A DNA stretch of 64,000 bases from an uncultured virus (IMG/VR IMGVR_UViG_3300042516_001356). Lineage: Duplodnaviria > Heunggongvirae > Uroviricota > Caudoviricetes. The position numbers and the translations under genes were made by a program. Shown one piece after another: positions 1-9,518 of the stretch (position 1 is its first letter; each line of letters begins with the position of its first letter). The stretch lies in the IMG/VR virus record IMGVR_UViG_3300042516_001356; one strand, 5' to 3'. Under the pieces are notes generated by a model. That model had not been told where the DNA came from and did no database searches. It saw only the letters and a program-made list of their open reading frames with translations.

Positions 1-1
1 G

Positions 2-1618
2 CATAATGTTAGTCAGGAATACCCAAACTATGTTCATCAAGAAACAATTACTGCACCAACAGGAAAAACTATTGCAACAATAAATATTCCTGCCAACTGG
101 GATTATTATGGAGTAGACAATGTATCTGCTACGAGCCAGGTTACTTCAACAACAACAGTGGCAGAAGATTTCCAGGTTAAGTGGGAAGGTATTTGGACAC
201 CACAAACAACAGGAACACAGTACATAACTGCACCAGCAGATGATGGAGTTCGCCTCTATCTTGATAATGAATTAGTTATTGATGACTGGTTTGATAAGGG
301 TGGTGGAGGATCTACCGCTGATGTTATGACTACCGCTGGAGTAGCAAAGCAATTCCAAATGTGGTATTACGAAAATGGTGGAGGAGCCAATGTGTCATTA
401 CTAAGATACACAGGATCTGGATGGGAAGTAATTCCTGCATCAGAATTTAGTACAACAAATGCAAGTCCACAACAACTTCAAGCACTTGCAACTGCAAGAA
501 ATAATCTTAACATTGCACAAGGGGCACTAGATATTCTTGAGGGCGACTTGACTAGTGCAGAGGAAGATTTAATTGAGGCAGAAGAAAATTTACAGGATGC
601 TCAGGATGAACTAGACTCTTTAATACTTCAGGTTGGAACCGCTGTAAGCATTATGAACAACAAAGTTGCATATGCTAATAATACAGTTAGTCAAACACTT
701 GCCAACGAGGAAGCAGAAAGACAAGCAGCAGAGCAAGCAAGACTTGCTGCAATAGCAGCAGAGAATGCAAGAGTCGCAGCACAGCAGGCGTATGAAGCAG
801 AGCAGTCTAGAATTGCTGCAGAAGCAGCAGCACAAGCAGCCCAAGCAGCAGCAGAAAAAGCAGAGGCTGATAGAGTAGCAGCAGAAGAGGCTGCAGCGCA
901 GGCAGAGGCTGAAGCACAACAAGCAGAACAAGATAGAATTGCTGCAGAAGAAGCAGCAGCCCAGGCTGAAGAAGAGGCTAGAGCAGCAGAAGAAGCAGAG
1001 GCTGAGGCTGCCAGACAAGCAGAAGAGGATGCTAAGGCAGAGGCTGAAGCAAAAGAAAAAGAATTAGAAGAAGCAAAGGCTGAAGAAGAAGAAGCACAAG
1101 AAAAAGAAGAAGAATTAAAAGAAATACTTGAAGAAGCAAAAGACGGAAAAGAATTAACTGAAGAACAAAAAGAAGTTCTTGTTGAGGCACTGCTAGAAGA
1201 TCTTAAGCCTGGCGAATCAATCTCAGCAGCAGAAGTAAAAGCATCTGGTGTTTCATTTGCAGACCTACCACCAACGACTCCAGTAGAACTTCGCACAGAT
1301 GAGAATGGAAATGCCCTTGTCATTACTGCAGAGGTTGCTGCAAGTGTTGAATTAGTTACAGATCCAGGGGCTTTGCTTGCAGCCGCTTTTACAGATCCAG
1401 GAGCAGCCCTAGCAGCACTTGGAAGTGTTGGTGCAGATATGACTGAGGAAGAAAGAGAAGAAGCAACGGATATGGTTGTAGCAACAGTAGTAGCAACAGG
1501 TGCAGCAATTAACGCAGCAGCGGTGGCAGCAGGTAGTGGAGCACCTTCAGGAGGTTCTTCTGGAAGTTCATCAAGTGGAGCAAATTCAGGCGCATCAAGA
1601 AGGAGCGGAAAATGGTAA
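2..1618 (+). CDS. PA14-domain protein with long Ala/Glu coiled coil and hydrophobic C-terminus (5' truncated by window)
   Basis: Frame is open from position 2. PA14-like motifs (W-G...ADDGVRLYLD...WYYENGGGA), AEEAAAQAE heptad repeats. Confidence 0.75.
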   Translation, partial: HNVSQEYPNYVHQETITAPTGKTIATINIPANWDYYGVDNVSATSQVTSTTTVAEDFQVKWEGIWTPQTTGTQYITAPADDGVRLYLDNELVIDDWFDKGGGGSTADVMTTAGVAKQFQMWYYENGGGANVSLLRYTGSGWEVIPASEFSTTNASPQQLQALATARNNLNIAQGALDILEGDLTSAEEDLIEAEENLQDAQDELDSLILQVGTAVSIMNNKVAYANNTVSQTLANEEAERQAAEQARLAAIAAENARVAAQQAYEAEQSRIAAEAAAQAAQAAAEKAEADRVAAEEAAAQAEAEAQQAEQDRIAAEEAAAQAEEEARAAEEAEAEAARQAEEDAKAEAEAKEKELEEAKAEEEEAQEKEEELKEILEEAKDGKELTEEQKEVLVEALLEDLKPGESISAAEVKASGVSFADLPPTTPVELRTDENGNALVITAEVAASVELVTDPGALLAAAFTDPGAALAALGSVGADMTEEEREEATDMVVATVVATGAAINAAAVAAGSGAPSGGSSGSSSSGANSGASRRSGKW

Positions 1619-1797
1619 AAATAATAAAAAATGTGATTACTGATTTAATTGATCAAGCATGGACACTACTAGGTATGTACATAGCCTGGGTTGTTTTAGA
1701 CGGTAGCGCAAAAACAGTAGTTGGATACGGTATCATTGCAACTACGGCTCTTTGGATATTAACTAGTCCAATTAGACATAAAAATGATGAAGAATAA
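1612..1797 (+). CDS. Small two-TM membrane protein
   Basis: Two hydrophobic segments; overlaps upstream stop. Confidence 0.65.
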   Translation: MVKIIKNVITDLIDQAWTLLGMYIAWVVLDGSAKTVVGYGIIATTALWILTSPIRHKNDEE

Positions 1798-1817
1798 AAT
1801 GAGGGTATAATCAAATT

Positions 1818-2015
1818 ATGAAAAAACCACTAACATTTTTCTTATACGGTATACTAGTATTAGGACTAACATCCTGCGGATACGATGGTCACTATCGCTA
1901 TCCATGTCAGGATCCATCAAACTGGGAAAGTGCAGAATGCAAACCACCAATTTGTACGGCTAACGGAGCATGTCCAGAAGATTTAGCAAGCATGGAGGAA
2001 AACGAAAATGGCTAA
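1818..2015 (+). CDS. Small Cys-rich lipoprotein
   Basis: Signal peptide with lipobox LTSC; TATAAT 6 nt before ATG. Confidence 0.7.
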   Translation: MKKPLTFFLYGILVLGLTSCGYDGHYRYPCQDPSNWESAECKPPICTANGACPEDLASMEENENG

Positions 2016-2415
2016 AGAAAGATTGTCCCCACAAGATTTAGATGCAAGATTAAAATTTATTCTAGGAATTACACTAGGTTCAATTTTATTTATAACTGCA
2101 ACAGGAATTATGTATGCGCTAATTTTTGTTACACAGCCAGTTACAGGACAATCAGAAAACGATAAAATGTTTTTTAACGTTCTTGGAAGCGTTGCAACAT
2201 TTATTACAGGCACACTTGCTGGTCTACTTATTGGTTCATCTGGGGCCAAAGATGTTATGGCTGCACAAATTGCAAACAAAGAAGTAGATGCAAAAAATAC
2301 TTTAGCAGATAAAAAATTAGAAGCAGAAATTGATGAGGCAGCAGCAAGAAGACTTGCTAAGCCAGATGGAGCGATGCCAGAAGAACAACCTGTTGATACA
2401 GATTGGGATAAGTAA
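2008..2415 (+). CDS. Two-TM membrane protein, possible holin
   Basis: Two TM helices, directly upstream of the endolysin. Confidence 0.55.
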   Translation: MAKERLSPQDLDARLKFILGITLGSILFITATGIMYALIFVTQPVTGQSENDKMFFNVLGSVATFITGTLAGLLIGSSGAKDVMAAQIANKEVDAKNTLADKKLEAEIDEAAARRLAKPDGAMPEEQPVDTDWDK

Positions 2416-2999
2416 TGTCACAAGGTACAGCAGAACGTCTTATTGAAGTTGCTATAGCAGAAATTGGAACCGTAGAGGGTCCCAAAGATAACGAAACCAA
2501 ATATGGTAAGTTTATGAAAGCAGACTTACAGCCATGGTGCGGCTCTTTCGTAAATTGGTGTGCTAATGAAGCAGGAGTAAAAATTCCAAATACTGTATTT
2601 ACTCCAGGTGGCGCAGCAGCATTTAAAAAAGCAGGTAGTTGGACTGATGCAAAAGTAGCAGATCCAGAACCAGGAGACATTGCATACTTTGATTTCCCTT
2701 CAGATGGTGTTGATAGAATTTCTCACGTAGCAATTGTTGTTAAAGACAATGGAGATGGAACTGTTTGGTGTGTTGAAGGTAATACATCTGGAGATCCAAA
2801 AGGTAGCCAACGTAATGGTGGAGAGGTTTGTAAAAAACTTCGTGCTTATAAGAAAAATCCAAAAAATGTTATGATATCTATAGTAGGATTTGGTAGACCT
2901 AAATTCGGTGCATCTGGATCAACAACTCCAGCAGCCCCTGCAAAAAAGGGTACTGCTAAACCAAAAACATGTTCATCATGTGGACAAACTGTTAAATAA
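2415..2999 (+). CDS. CHAP-domain endolysin/amidase
   Basis: PWCGSFVNW, PGDIAYF, HVAIV and EGNTS CHAP motifs. Confidence 0.9.
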   Translation: MSQGTAERLIEVAIAEIGTVEGPKDNETKYGKFMKADLQPWCGSFVNWCANEAGVKIPNTVFTPGGAAAFKKAGSWTDAKVADPEPGDIAYFDFPSDGVDRISHVAIVVKDNGDGTVWCVEGNTSGDPKGSQRNGGEVCKKLRAYKKNPKNVMISIVGFGRPKFGASGSTTPAAPAKKGTAKPKTCSSCGQTVK

Positions 3000-3060
3000 A
3001 AGTATTTGACTAATTAACAACTTTTTGATATAATTTAAATATATTCTGAGGGGGAATGTT

Positions 3061-3591
3061 GTGACAGTGCTTGCAGTTGTACGTGATCTAGAAACAAATA
3101 AAGTTTATATGGCTGGTGATCGTGGTGCCTCAGATGATAATACTATTCTTTCTTTAACAGCACCAAAAGTTTGGAAACTTGGTCCATACTTAATAGGATA
3201 TGCTGGTGCACTAGATGGTGAACGTATTAGGTATAATTTTAATCCATACATACCAGACATTAAAGACATAGACAAATTTATGCAAACTAAATTTATTAAG
3301 CAACTTAAAAATTTTTACAATGACTGGTGGGTTGACACTGGCAAAGAGGCTGACCTTGGTTTAATTATTTGTGTTAAGGGACAAATATATGAGCACAATG
3401 CAGTTGACATGTCTTTGTCTAAATACAATTTAGATTACTTAGCAATGGGATCTGGCGCAGAGTATGCCTATGGATTTTTAAATGCTACAGAAAAATCTAA
3501 AGATCCTCGTAAAAGAGTGGTTGGTGCAGTAAATTCTGCTATTAAATTTAGCCCATCCTGTATGGGGCCTATTGATGTAGTAAGTATTTAA
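3061..3591 (+). CDS. HslV/20S proteasome beta-like Ntn threonine peptidase
   Basis: Thr right after the initiator Met, AGD, PKV and AMGSG motifs. Confidence 0.8.
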   Translation: MTVLAVVRDLETNKVYMAGDRGASDDNTILSLTAPKVWKLGPYLIGYAGALDGERIRYNFNPYIPDIKDIDKFMQTKFIKQLKNFYNDWWVDTGKEADLGLIICVKGQIYEHNAVDMSLSKYNLDYLAMGSGAEYAYGFLNATEKSKDPRKRVVGAVNSAIKFSPSCMGPIDVVSI

Positions 3592-3600
3592 GAGATCTTA

Positions 3601-4386
3601 ATGATAATTAATCAAGACAAAGATTTAGTAGTGCCAGATAACACCATAGCAATTTTTCCATTAATCCCAAATGATGGCGTTGAAGAGTTTGATATGGATT
3701 TTAATTCTTTTTTAAAACCATTAAACCTAGATCATAAAAGAGATTGGTTTTCCTCACACTTTTATCATTGCTTGCCATTATCAATAGGAAATATGCAAGG
3801 ATTTGTTTTTAGTGTTCCATTTGGATTTGATGTTTTGTGGAATGGTGGAGACTCTACCAATGACATTAAAATAGATTTACATTCAGACGCAAGTTTGTAT
3901 AAAAATAAAAACCAGGTCAATTTAAAATCTGAATTTGGAAGTGGCATCCTTACGATTCATTTTCCAGTAACGTTAAAAACACCACCAGGTATTAACTTGA
4001 TGACTATTGCTCCACCAAACTATCCGATTCCTGGAATGAGCCCAATGACGGGTGTCGTTGAGTCAGACAACTTAAGATTTACTTTTACAATGAATCTTAA
4101 AATGGATTTACCAAATATTATTATTCGTGTATTTGCTAATACTCCGTTAATGGGTTTAATTCCAATACCTAGAAATTTTTGTGATTCATTTGAATTAAAA
4201 AATGCATACGATATTTTTGATAAAGATATTGTAGAAGAAGAAAGAAATGTAGTCAAAAAACATACGGAGCGTAGAGAGATGTCAAATTACAATAAATCTC
4301 TTCCAGATAGGCTTTATTATCGTGGAATGGACGTAAACAATAATAAATTTATTAATCACCAACTTCCTAAAAAAACAACAAACTAG
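3601..4386 (+). CDS. DUF6065-like / dUTPase-fold paralog 1
   Basis: HCLPLSIGN, LKTPPG, GVVESD, TPLMGLIPIPR; shares motifs with four other ORFs in the window. Confidence 0.6.
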   Translation: MIINQDKDLVVPDNTIAIFPLIPNDGVEEFDMDFNSFLKPLNLDHKRDWFSSHFYHCLPLSIGNMQGFVFSVPFGFDVLWNGGDSTNDIKIDLHSDASLYKNKNQVNLKSEFGSGILTIHFPVTLKTPPGINLMTIAPPNYPIPGMSPMTGVVESDNLRFTFTMNLKMDLPNIIIRVFANTPLMGLIPIPRNFCDSFELKNAYDIFDKDIVEEERNVVKKHTERREMSNYNKSLPDRLYYRGMDVNNNKFINHQLPKKTTN

Positions 4387-4423
4387 ATTTGACTTTAAGT
4401 TAGTAGATAGGTATAATTAATAT

Positions 4424-4645
4424 ATGGATGAAAATTTTGAAGAAGTTTTAAAAAAAATACAAGATTTAGATTCAAACGATAAAGAATTTGAAATTTGGCT
4501 AGAAAATGGAATTGAGAGGGGCTGGATAACAGAGCCTTTCTGCAATACACATGAAGGGGATCCTTTCATGGAAGAAGAAGAACAAGAAGAGTGGGAAGCA
4601 GGAGGCGACCCATGTCAAGTAGTAGTTAAAATAAAAAATAACTAA
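4424..4645 (+). CDS. Hypothetical acidic protein
   Basis: ORF with TTGACT-N17-TATAAT promoter and leaderless start. Confidence 0.7.
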   Translation: MDENFEEVLKKIQDLDSNDKEFEIWLENGIERGWITEPFCNTHEGDPFMEEEEQEEWEAGGDPCQVVVKIKNN

Positions 4646-4657
4646 TAAAGGGGAAAA

Positions 4658-5290
4658 ATGAGAAACAAATTATTAATTTTAGTTTTTGCATTAATTGCAA
4701 GTACTATGTCTGTATTTATTCCATCACAAGCAAATGCTAGTGAGTGTACTGCAGAAAATCCTTGTGGAACATGGGCAATGCTAGATAATGATGGTCGTGT
4801 TACAAATATTATTGTTTGCCAACCGTCAGTGTGTGGCTCAGGAACATTTGCTGGAGTAAGAGTAGTGCTGCAGGTTCCAGCCAACCCAACAACCCATACC
4901 TCACAAGGTGGTTACTACAATCCAGATCCTGAAAAAGCAGTTACATATAATGAACAAAGCAATACTTTTAGTTCAGGGTCAACAAGTTTTCCACAACCAG
5001 TTACAAGAAGTGAGATTGTAGAAACTACTACTATAACTGCAACGATTCATTCAGATGCAGTTACTTTTGGTCCTAACAATTTTATTGACGGTCAAATGGA
5101 ATTTACTCCTGTTGTAACTTCAACGACAGGTGCAACTATTTCTGCAACTCAGGGTGAGTTAATTGAAACAAAATCTTTTGATGAACCAAAAACCAAAGAA
5201 CAGTTTGAAGAATCTATTCAAGAAAGCACTATTCTTAAAGAAAATTTAAGTAAGTTCTTTCAATTGCTTCGTGGTTGGATAAAAAATTAA
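4658..5290 (+). CDS. Secreted hypothetical protein
   Basis: Signal peptide ending ANA; RBS GGGG. Confidence 0.65.
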   Translation: MRNKLLILVFALIASTMSVFIPSQANASECTAENPCGTWAMLDNDGRVTNIIVCQPSVCGSGTFAGVRVVLQVPANPTTHTSQGGYYNPDPEKAVTYNEQSNTFSSGSTSFPQPVTRSEIVETTTITATIHSDAVTFGPNNFIDGQMEFTPVVTSTTGATISATQGELIETKSFDEPKTKEQFEESIQESTILKENLSKFFQLLRGWIKN

Positions 5291-5309
5291 ATAATACTAA
5301 AATATAGTT

Positions 5310-5380
5310 GCGGATATTGCATAGTGGTAGTGCGTAACCTTGCCAAGGTTAATGTGCGGGTCCGATTCCCGCTATCCGCT
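5310..5380 (+). tRNA. tRNA-Gly (GCC)
   Basis: Acceptor GCGGATA/TATCCGC, anticodon arm TAACC-TTGCCAA-GGTTA, T-arm GCGGG-TCCGATT-CCCGC. Confidence 0.92.
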
Positions 5381-5385
5381 CAAAG

Positions 5386-5458
5386 GTCCCCATCGTCTAG
5401 TGGCCTAGGACGTCGCCCTTTCACGGCGTTAACACGGGTTCAAATCCCGTTGGGGACA
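5386..5458 (+). tRNA. tRNA-Glu (TTC)
   Basis: Acceptor GTCCCCA/TGGGGAC, anticodon loop CTTTCAC, T-loop TTCAAAT. Confidence 0.95.
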
Positions 5459-5465
5459 CAATCAG

Positions 5466-5539
5466 GGAGTGGTAGCCAAGTTGGTTAAGGCCCCGAACTC
5501 ATAATTCGGTTATCGTAGGTTCAAGTCCTACCCACTCTA
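5466..5539 (+). tRNA. tRNA with CAT anticodon (Met or Ile2)
   Basis: Acceptor GGAGTGG/CCACTCT, CCGAA-CTCATAA-TTCGG, T-loop TTCAAGT. Confidence 0.92.
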
Positions 5540-5621
5540 CTTCATTTTATCTTCATGATATAATTGTTATGCTTGCCCAAATGGGGAGCAAATTAACTTA
5601 TTCGCTTGAAAGGGGAATAAA

Positions 5622-6038
5622 ATGGTAACACAGTTTGCAATGGATCTATTCAATGATCCTTTTTTTATTGGCTTTAACAGAGAGTTAGGCCGTTTAAATA
5701 CAGCACATAAAGTAAATTCACAATCATATCCTCCATACGATCTTCTTAAATTAGATGAAGATACATATAGGCTATCTCTTGCTATTGCGGGATTTACAAA
5801 AGAAGATATTGATGTATCAGTAGATAATGGAACCTTGGTAATTAAAGGTGAAATTGTAGAGGTTACAGATGCTGAAGTTGTTCACAAAGGAATTGCTGGT
5901 CGTAAGTTTGTACGATCTTTTGCTTTAGGTGAATACATGGAAGTATCTAGTGCTGAACTAAAAGATGGACTGCTAACAATTAATGTTGTTCGTGTAATTC
6001 CTGAAGATAAAAAACCTAAAGTAATTAAAATAAAATAA
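5622..6038 (+). CDS. hsp20: Small heat-shock protein Hsp20 (IbpA-like)
   Basis: SYPPYD, LAIAGF, HKGIAGRKFVRSF, LKDGLLTI alpha-crystallin motifs. Confidence 0.95.
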   Translation: MVTQFAMDLFNDPFFIGFNRELGRLNTAHKVNSQSYPPYDLLKLDEDTYRLSLAIAGFTKEDIDVSVDNGTLVIKGEIVEVTDAEVVHKGIAGRKFVRSFALGEYMEVSSAELKDGLLTINVVRVIPEDKKPKVIKIK

Positions 6039-6043
6039 AAATA

Positions 6044-6071
6044 ACAACCTTGGCATGTTGTAAAACTGCCT
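6044..6071 (+). ncRNA. 3' H-type pseudoknot element, copy 1
   Basis: ACAAC-CT-TGGCA-T-GTTGT-AAAAC-TGCCT, starting 6 nt after the hsp20 stop. Confidence 0.65.
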
Positions 6072-6109
6072 ATTTTTTGATATACTTAGATATAACTATA
6101 GGAGAGTTT

Positions 6110-6283
6110 ATGCCAAGATATGACTACAAATGCTCTATTTGTTCTTCACAGATTGAATTTGAAAAAAAGTTTGATGAAGAAATATTTCCAGTATGCTGTA
6201 ATCAATCTATGCAAAGGCTTTGGAGTGCCACTACTGCAATTTTCAACGGTAGTGGATTTTATTCAACCGACAACAGAAAGTAG
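6110..6283 (+). CDS. FmdB-family zinc-ribbon protein
   Basis: MPRYDYKC-x2-C...CC...FNGSGFYSTD; RBS AGGAG. Confidence 0.85.
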   Translation: MPRYDYKCSICSSQIEFEKKFDEEIFPVCCNQSMQRLWSATTAIFNGSGFYSTDNRK

Positions 6284-6298
6284 ATGTATAATAATACT

Positions 6299-6550
6299 AT
6301 GAATAGTGCAATTAAAGATCATCCAAGTGTAAAACCCAAAGAATGGCTTTTAAGTGCAAAAGATCGCTGTGATTCATGTGCAGCAGAAGCCCTTGTCAAA
6401 GTAACTGGATTAACTGGAGACCTAATGTTTTGTGGTCATCATTATAATAAAATTATGGATACTAAAGATGGGTATGCAAAAATGATGTCTTTTATGCTCA
6501 CAGTTATTGATGAGCGTGAAAAGTTAATTAAAGAACAAATAGGGGGTTAA
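6299..6550 (+). CDS. Hypothetical Zn-binding protein
   Basis: DRCDSC...LMFCGHH; TATAAT 6 nt upstream of ATG 6299. Confidence 0.7.
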   Translation: MNSAIKDHPSVKPKEWLLSAKDRCDSCAAEALVKVTGLTGDLMFCGHHYNKIMDTKDGYAKMMSFMLTVIDEREKLIKEQIGG

Positions 6551-6556
6551 CAAATA

Positions 6557-6964
6557 ATGTATGAGTATTTTGTAAAAGAAGTAAAAAATGTTGTTGATGG
6601 AGATACCATTGATGTAATTATTGATTTAGGGTTTGATATTTTATTTTCATCCCGTGTTCGCTTAGCAGGTATTGATACACCAGAATCACGTACAACAGAT
6701 AAGATTGAAAAGACTCTTGGTCTTGAATCTAAAGAATATTTAAAAAAACAACTTAAAGATGCAAAGTCTGTGGTTATTCGTACAGAAAAAATGAACTCAT
6801 CTGAAAAATATGGACGCATTCTCGGCTGGATATATATTAACGGAGAGTCTGAATCAATTAATAATAAGATGATTAACGATGGATATGCTTGGGGATATCT
6901 TGGTGAAACTAAGATTAAAGATTTTGAAGTTCTTAAAAAGGCTAGATCAAAGTCTGGCAAATGA
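6557..6964 (+). CDS. Thermonuclease (SNase-like)
   Basis: VVDGDTIDV, RVRLAGIDTPE, KYGRILG. Confidence 0.92.
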   Translation: MYEYFVKEVKNVVDGDTIDVIIDLGFDILFSSRVRLAGIDTPESRTTDKIEKTLGLESKEYLKKQLKDAKSVVIRTEKMNSSEKYGRILGWIYINGESESINNKMINDGYAWGYLGETKIKDFEVLKKARSKSGK

Positions 6965-7233
6965 AAAACGTTTTTTACTTTACAGCAGACTGGTGCAACC
7001 CTTGTAAAAAAACAAGACCAGTCGTTGAGGAATTAAAAAAAGAAGGATTTCAGTTTCAAATTATAGATGTTGATTATGAACAACTTTTGGCTAAACAATT
7101 TCAAGTTAAATCAATTCCTACATTTATTTTATTAGAAGACGGCAAAGAACTTGATCGTGTAACTGGGGCACAAACAAGGGAAAAGTTAAATGAGTTTATT
7201 AACTATGAAAAAAATATTCAAGAGAATATTTAA
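6961..7233 (+). CDS. Thioredoxin
   Basis: FTADWCNPCK, SIPTF. Confidence 0.92.
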   Translation: MKNVFYFTADWCNPCKKTRPVVEELKKEGFQFQIIDVDYEQLLAKQFQVKSIPTFILLEDGKELDRVTGAQTREKLNEFINYEKNIQENI

Positions 7234-7249
7234 TCCAGATAGGAAAAGT

Positions 7250-7582
7250 ATGATTTCAGATGAAAACGAAATGATTGAAAAATTAATTCTTGAAGGAGCA
7301 CTTGAGGTTGCGGGTATTGACTCTGAAGATGGTTCGTTGTTATATTCATTTACTTCCAAAATTCAACAGGTAATGCCAGAACTTTATAACGACCATCTCA
7401 ATAGAGTTAATGCTGAAATACTTTCATTATGGGAAAAAGGCTATGTAGACATAGACTTCTTGGCAAAAGAGCCAATAGTAACAGTCACAAATAAATCTTT
7501 TGATCCCGTAGAAATGTCAAAACTACGCAAGCAAGATGTTTGGGCTATAGAAGAACTTAAACGCCTAACTCGTAAAGAATAA
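7250..7582 (+). CDS. Hypothetical protein
   Basis: ORF with RBS AGGA in operon context. Confidence 0.65.
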   Translation: MISDENEMIEKLILEGALEVAGIDSEDGSLLYSFTSKIQQVMPELYNDHLNRVNAEILSLWEKGYVDIDFLAKEPIVTVTNKSFDPVEMSKLRKQDVWAIEELKRLTRKE

Positions 7583-7600
7583 CTCTGATATAATACTAAG

Positions 7601-8398
7601 ATGCCATATCGTATAGGTGCTAAGGGTTCATTTGGTTGTTCAGGCTATCCCGCTTTAAAAGAGGGGACAAATGAAGTTATGGGTTGTCACAAAACTCGTA
7701 GTGAAGCAGCAGCACAAATTTATGCAATTAATCGTTCCGAAGGGAATATAGGGAAAAGTATGAATGAAATTAAAGAAGGCGACTTTGTAACATATGTAGG
7801 CGAAGATGATGAAATTATGATTGGTCGTGTTGAATACGTAATGACTAATCCAGGATTACTTGGGTTACCAGGATCAGAATACTCTATGGAATACATGGAA
7901 AATGATAAGCCAGTTATTGTTCGTGAATATGAAGAAAAAGATGGCGCATGGGAAGAAAAATCTTATGTTTCTTATCATCGCATGTCTAAAGTTATTAAAA
8001 TTGAATCACTATCTGTATCAGTAGATCTTGTAGTTGAAATGGGCTCTAACGGATCTGGAATTCCATCAACAGCAGATTCTAAAACTATGATGGAAATGTA
8101 TGATACTCAAATTGGTAAATCAGAAGATATGGATGATGAAATGGAAAAAGCAAAAGAACCAAACTACGGAGATTTTATTCAACCTCGTAGGGGTGGATCA
8201 ACACCATCAAATCCAAAGTTATACGCAACAGTAGTGCAAGCAGCAAAAGATAAATTTGATGTTTATCCATCTGCAGTTGCTAATTCTTGGGTAGTTCAAG
8301 AATATAAGCGTCGTGGTGGTACATACAAGTCAGAGTCACAACCTACAACAAAAAGTATTTGGGATGGATCATTTAACCCTTTAAGGTTTAAAAAATAA
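7601..8398 (+). CDS. Multi-module hypothetical protein (C-terminal DUF5872-like)
   Basis: C-terminal NPKLY...FDVYPSA.ANSWVVQEYKRRGG; leaderless promoter. Confidence 0.6.
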   Translation: MPYRIGAKGSFGCSGYPALKEGTNEVMGCHKTRSEAAAQIYAINRSEGNIGKSMNEIKEGDFVTYVGEDDEIMIGRVEYVMTNPGLLGLPGSEYSMEYMENDKPVIVREYEEKDGAWEEKSYVSYHRMSKVIKIESLSVSVDLVVEMGSNGSGIPSTADSKTMMEMYDTQIGKSEDMDDEMEKAKEPNYGDFIQPRRGGSTPSNPKLYATVVQAAKDKFDVYPSAVANSWVVQEYKRRGGTYKSESQPTTKSIWDGSFNPLRFKK

Positions 8399-8544
8399 TG
8401 GCTAACAGATCTTCAGGTTCTTATTTTAAGAATAGTCCATTTAATTCTATTCAAATTAAAGATGGAAAAATTGTTCGTTTAAGAAAAGATGGCACAATTA
8501 AAGCAGAACTAGGTCCATACATAAAGAATCAAGGGAAAAAATAA
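8398..8544 (+). CDS. Small basic hypothetical protein (48 aa, not in ORF track)
   Basis: TAATG coupling; MANRSSGSYFKN...KDGKIVRLRKDG. Confidence 0.6.
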   Translation: MANRSSGSYFKNSPFNSIQIKDGKIVRLRKDGTIKAELGPYIKNQGKK

Positions 8545-8547
8545 ACA

Positions 8548-8916
8548 ATGGCTGATACATATACACCTAACGCTGGTATGAAGGCTGCTGCCCGTCGTGC
8601 ATTAAAATGGAAAGCAGACGGTAAAGCAACTGGCGCAGGAACTCCTGTAGGTTGGGGTCGTGCAACAGATATCGTAAATGGATCTGTTATGTCTCTTAGT
8701 ACTGTTAAAAGAATGTTTTCTTTTTTTTCTCGCCACGAAGTAGATAAAAAAGGTAAAGGATTTTTTGATGGCCCAGACTTTCCTTCCAATGGAAGAATTA
8801 TGTGGGATGCGTGGGGCGGTGACGCAGGATTTGCCTGGAGTCGTGCAATTGTAGAAAGAGAAAAGAAAAAAGTAGAAAAAATTTGGCAGGGAACTGCATT
8901 TGATCTAAAAAAATAG
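8548..8916 (+). CDS. Hypothetical phage protein
   Basis: GTPVGWGRA, TVKRMFSFFSRHE, WDAWGGDAG; recalled as a module of phage head-associated proteins. Confidence 0.65.
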   Translation: MADTYTPNAGMKAAARRALKWKADGKATGAGTPVGWGRATDIVNGSVMSLSTVKRMFSFFSRHEVDKKGKGFFDGPDFPSNGRIMWDAWGGDAGFAWSRAIVEREKKKVEKIWQGTAFDLKK

Positions 8917-8926
8917 GGGGCGATCT

Positions 8927-9088
8927 ATGGATAATTTAGAAAAAAATGAATTAATTCAGTTAATATCATTTTATAAACAAAAACTATCTGATATAGAGTT
9001 AGAGTCATTAAAGTTACAACTTGAAGTTAATAAACTTAATTCTATGGTTTTAAATTTAAGCAAAACGCCAGAGAAAAAAATTAAATAA
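8927..9088 (+). CDS. Small coiled-coil protein (not in ORF track)
   Basis: RBS AGGGGG; MDNLEKNELIQ...; fills the gap between genes. Confidence 0.6.
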   Translation: MDNLEKNELIQLISFYKQKLSDIELESLKLQLEVNKLNSMVLNLSKTPEKKIK

Positions 9089-9089
9089 G

Positions 9090-9518
9090 ATGGAATATTT
9101 ATTAATTATAGGCTTGACATTGCTGTCTTCTTGGTCTATAATTAAAATATCAAACAAAAAAAGAATGATATTTTTAGGCAAACATAAATATAGACAAAGT
9201 TCTATTTATGAAATGGTTAAAGATGTTATTCCAAAACAAAAGTTTGATAAACCTAAAGTTATAACGCAGTCTGAAAAACATATTCAAAAGAATATGCTTA
9301 AGGTAGTCATAACTGAAGGAAAGGCATATTGGATATTAGATAATGTTTTTTATACTGCAAATGCTATAAATGGCAGAGTAGATGAAGAAACAATAAAACC
9401 ATTAAATGCCGAAGGCATGCCAGCAAAAGAATTAGAAAAGATGTTATCAATACTTGATGACTTAAAACAAGGGGTAGGACCAAATGATAGTGGCAGTGCA
9501 GGGAACAAAAGAGTTTAA
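9090..9518 (+). CDS. Membrane-anchored hypothetical protein
   Basis: N-terminal TM segment. Confidence 0.65.
   Translation: MEYLLIIGLTLLSSWSIIKISNKKRMIFLGKHKYRQSSIYEMVKDVIPKQKFDKPKVITQSEKHIQKNMLKVVITEGKAYWILDNVFYTANAINGRVDEETIKPLNAEGMPAKELEKMLSILDDLKQGVGPNDSGSAGNKRV

Noticed and set aside
620..1323. Antisense Cys- and Ser/Ala-rich ORFs (also 46691-47674, 49016-49315, 57886-58584)
   Set aside because: Shadow frames of repetitive GCA/GAA/ACA codons in real + strand genes.
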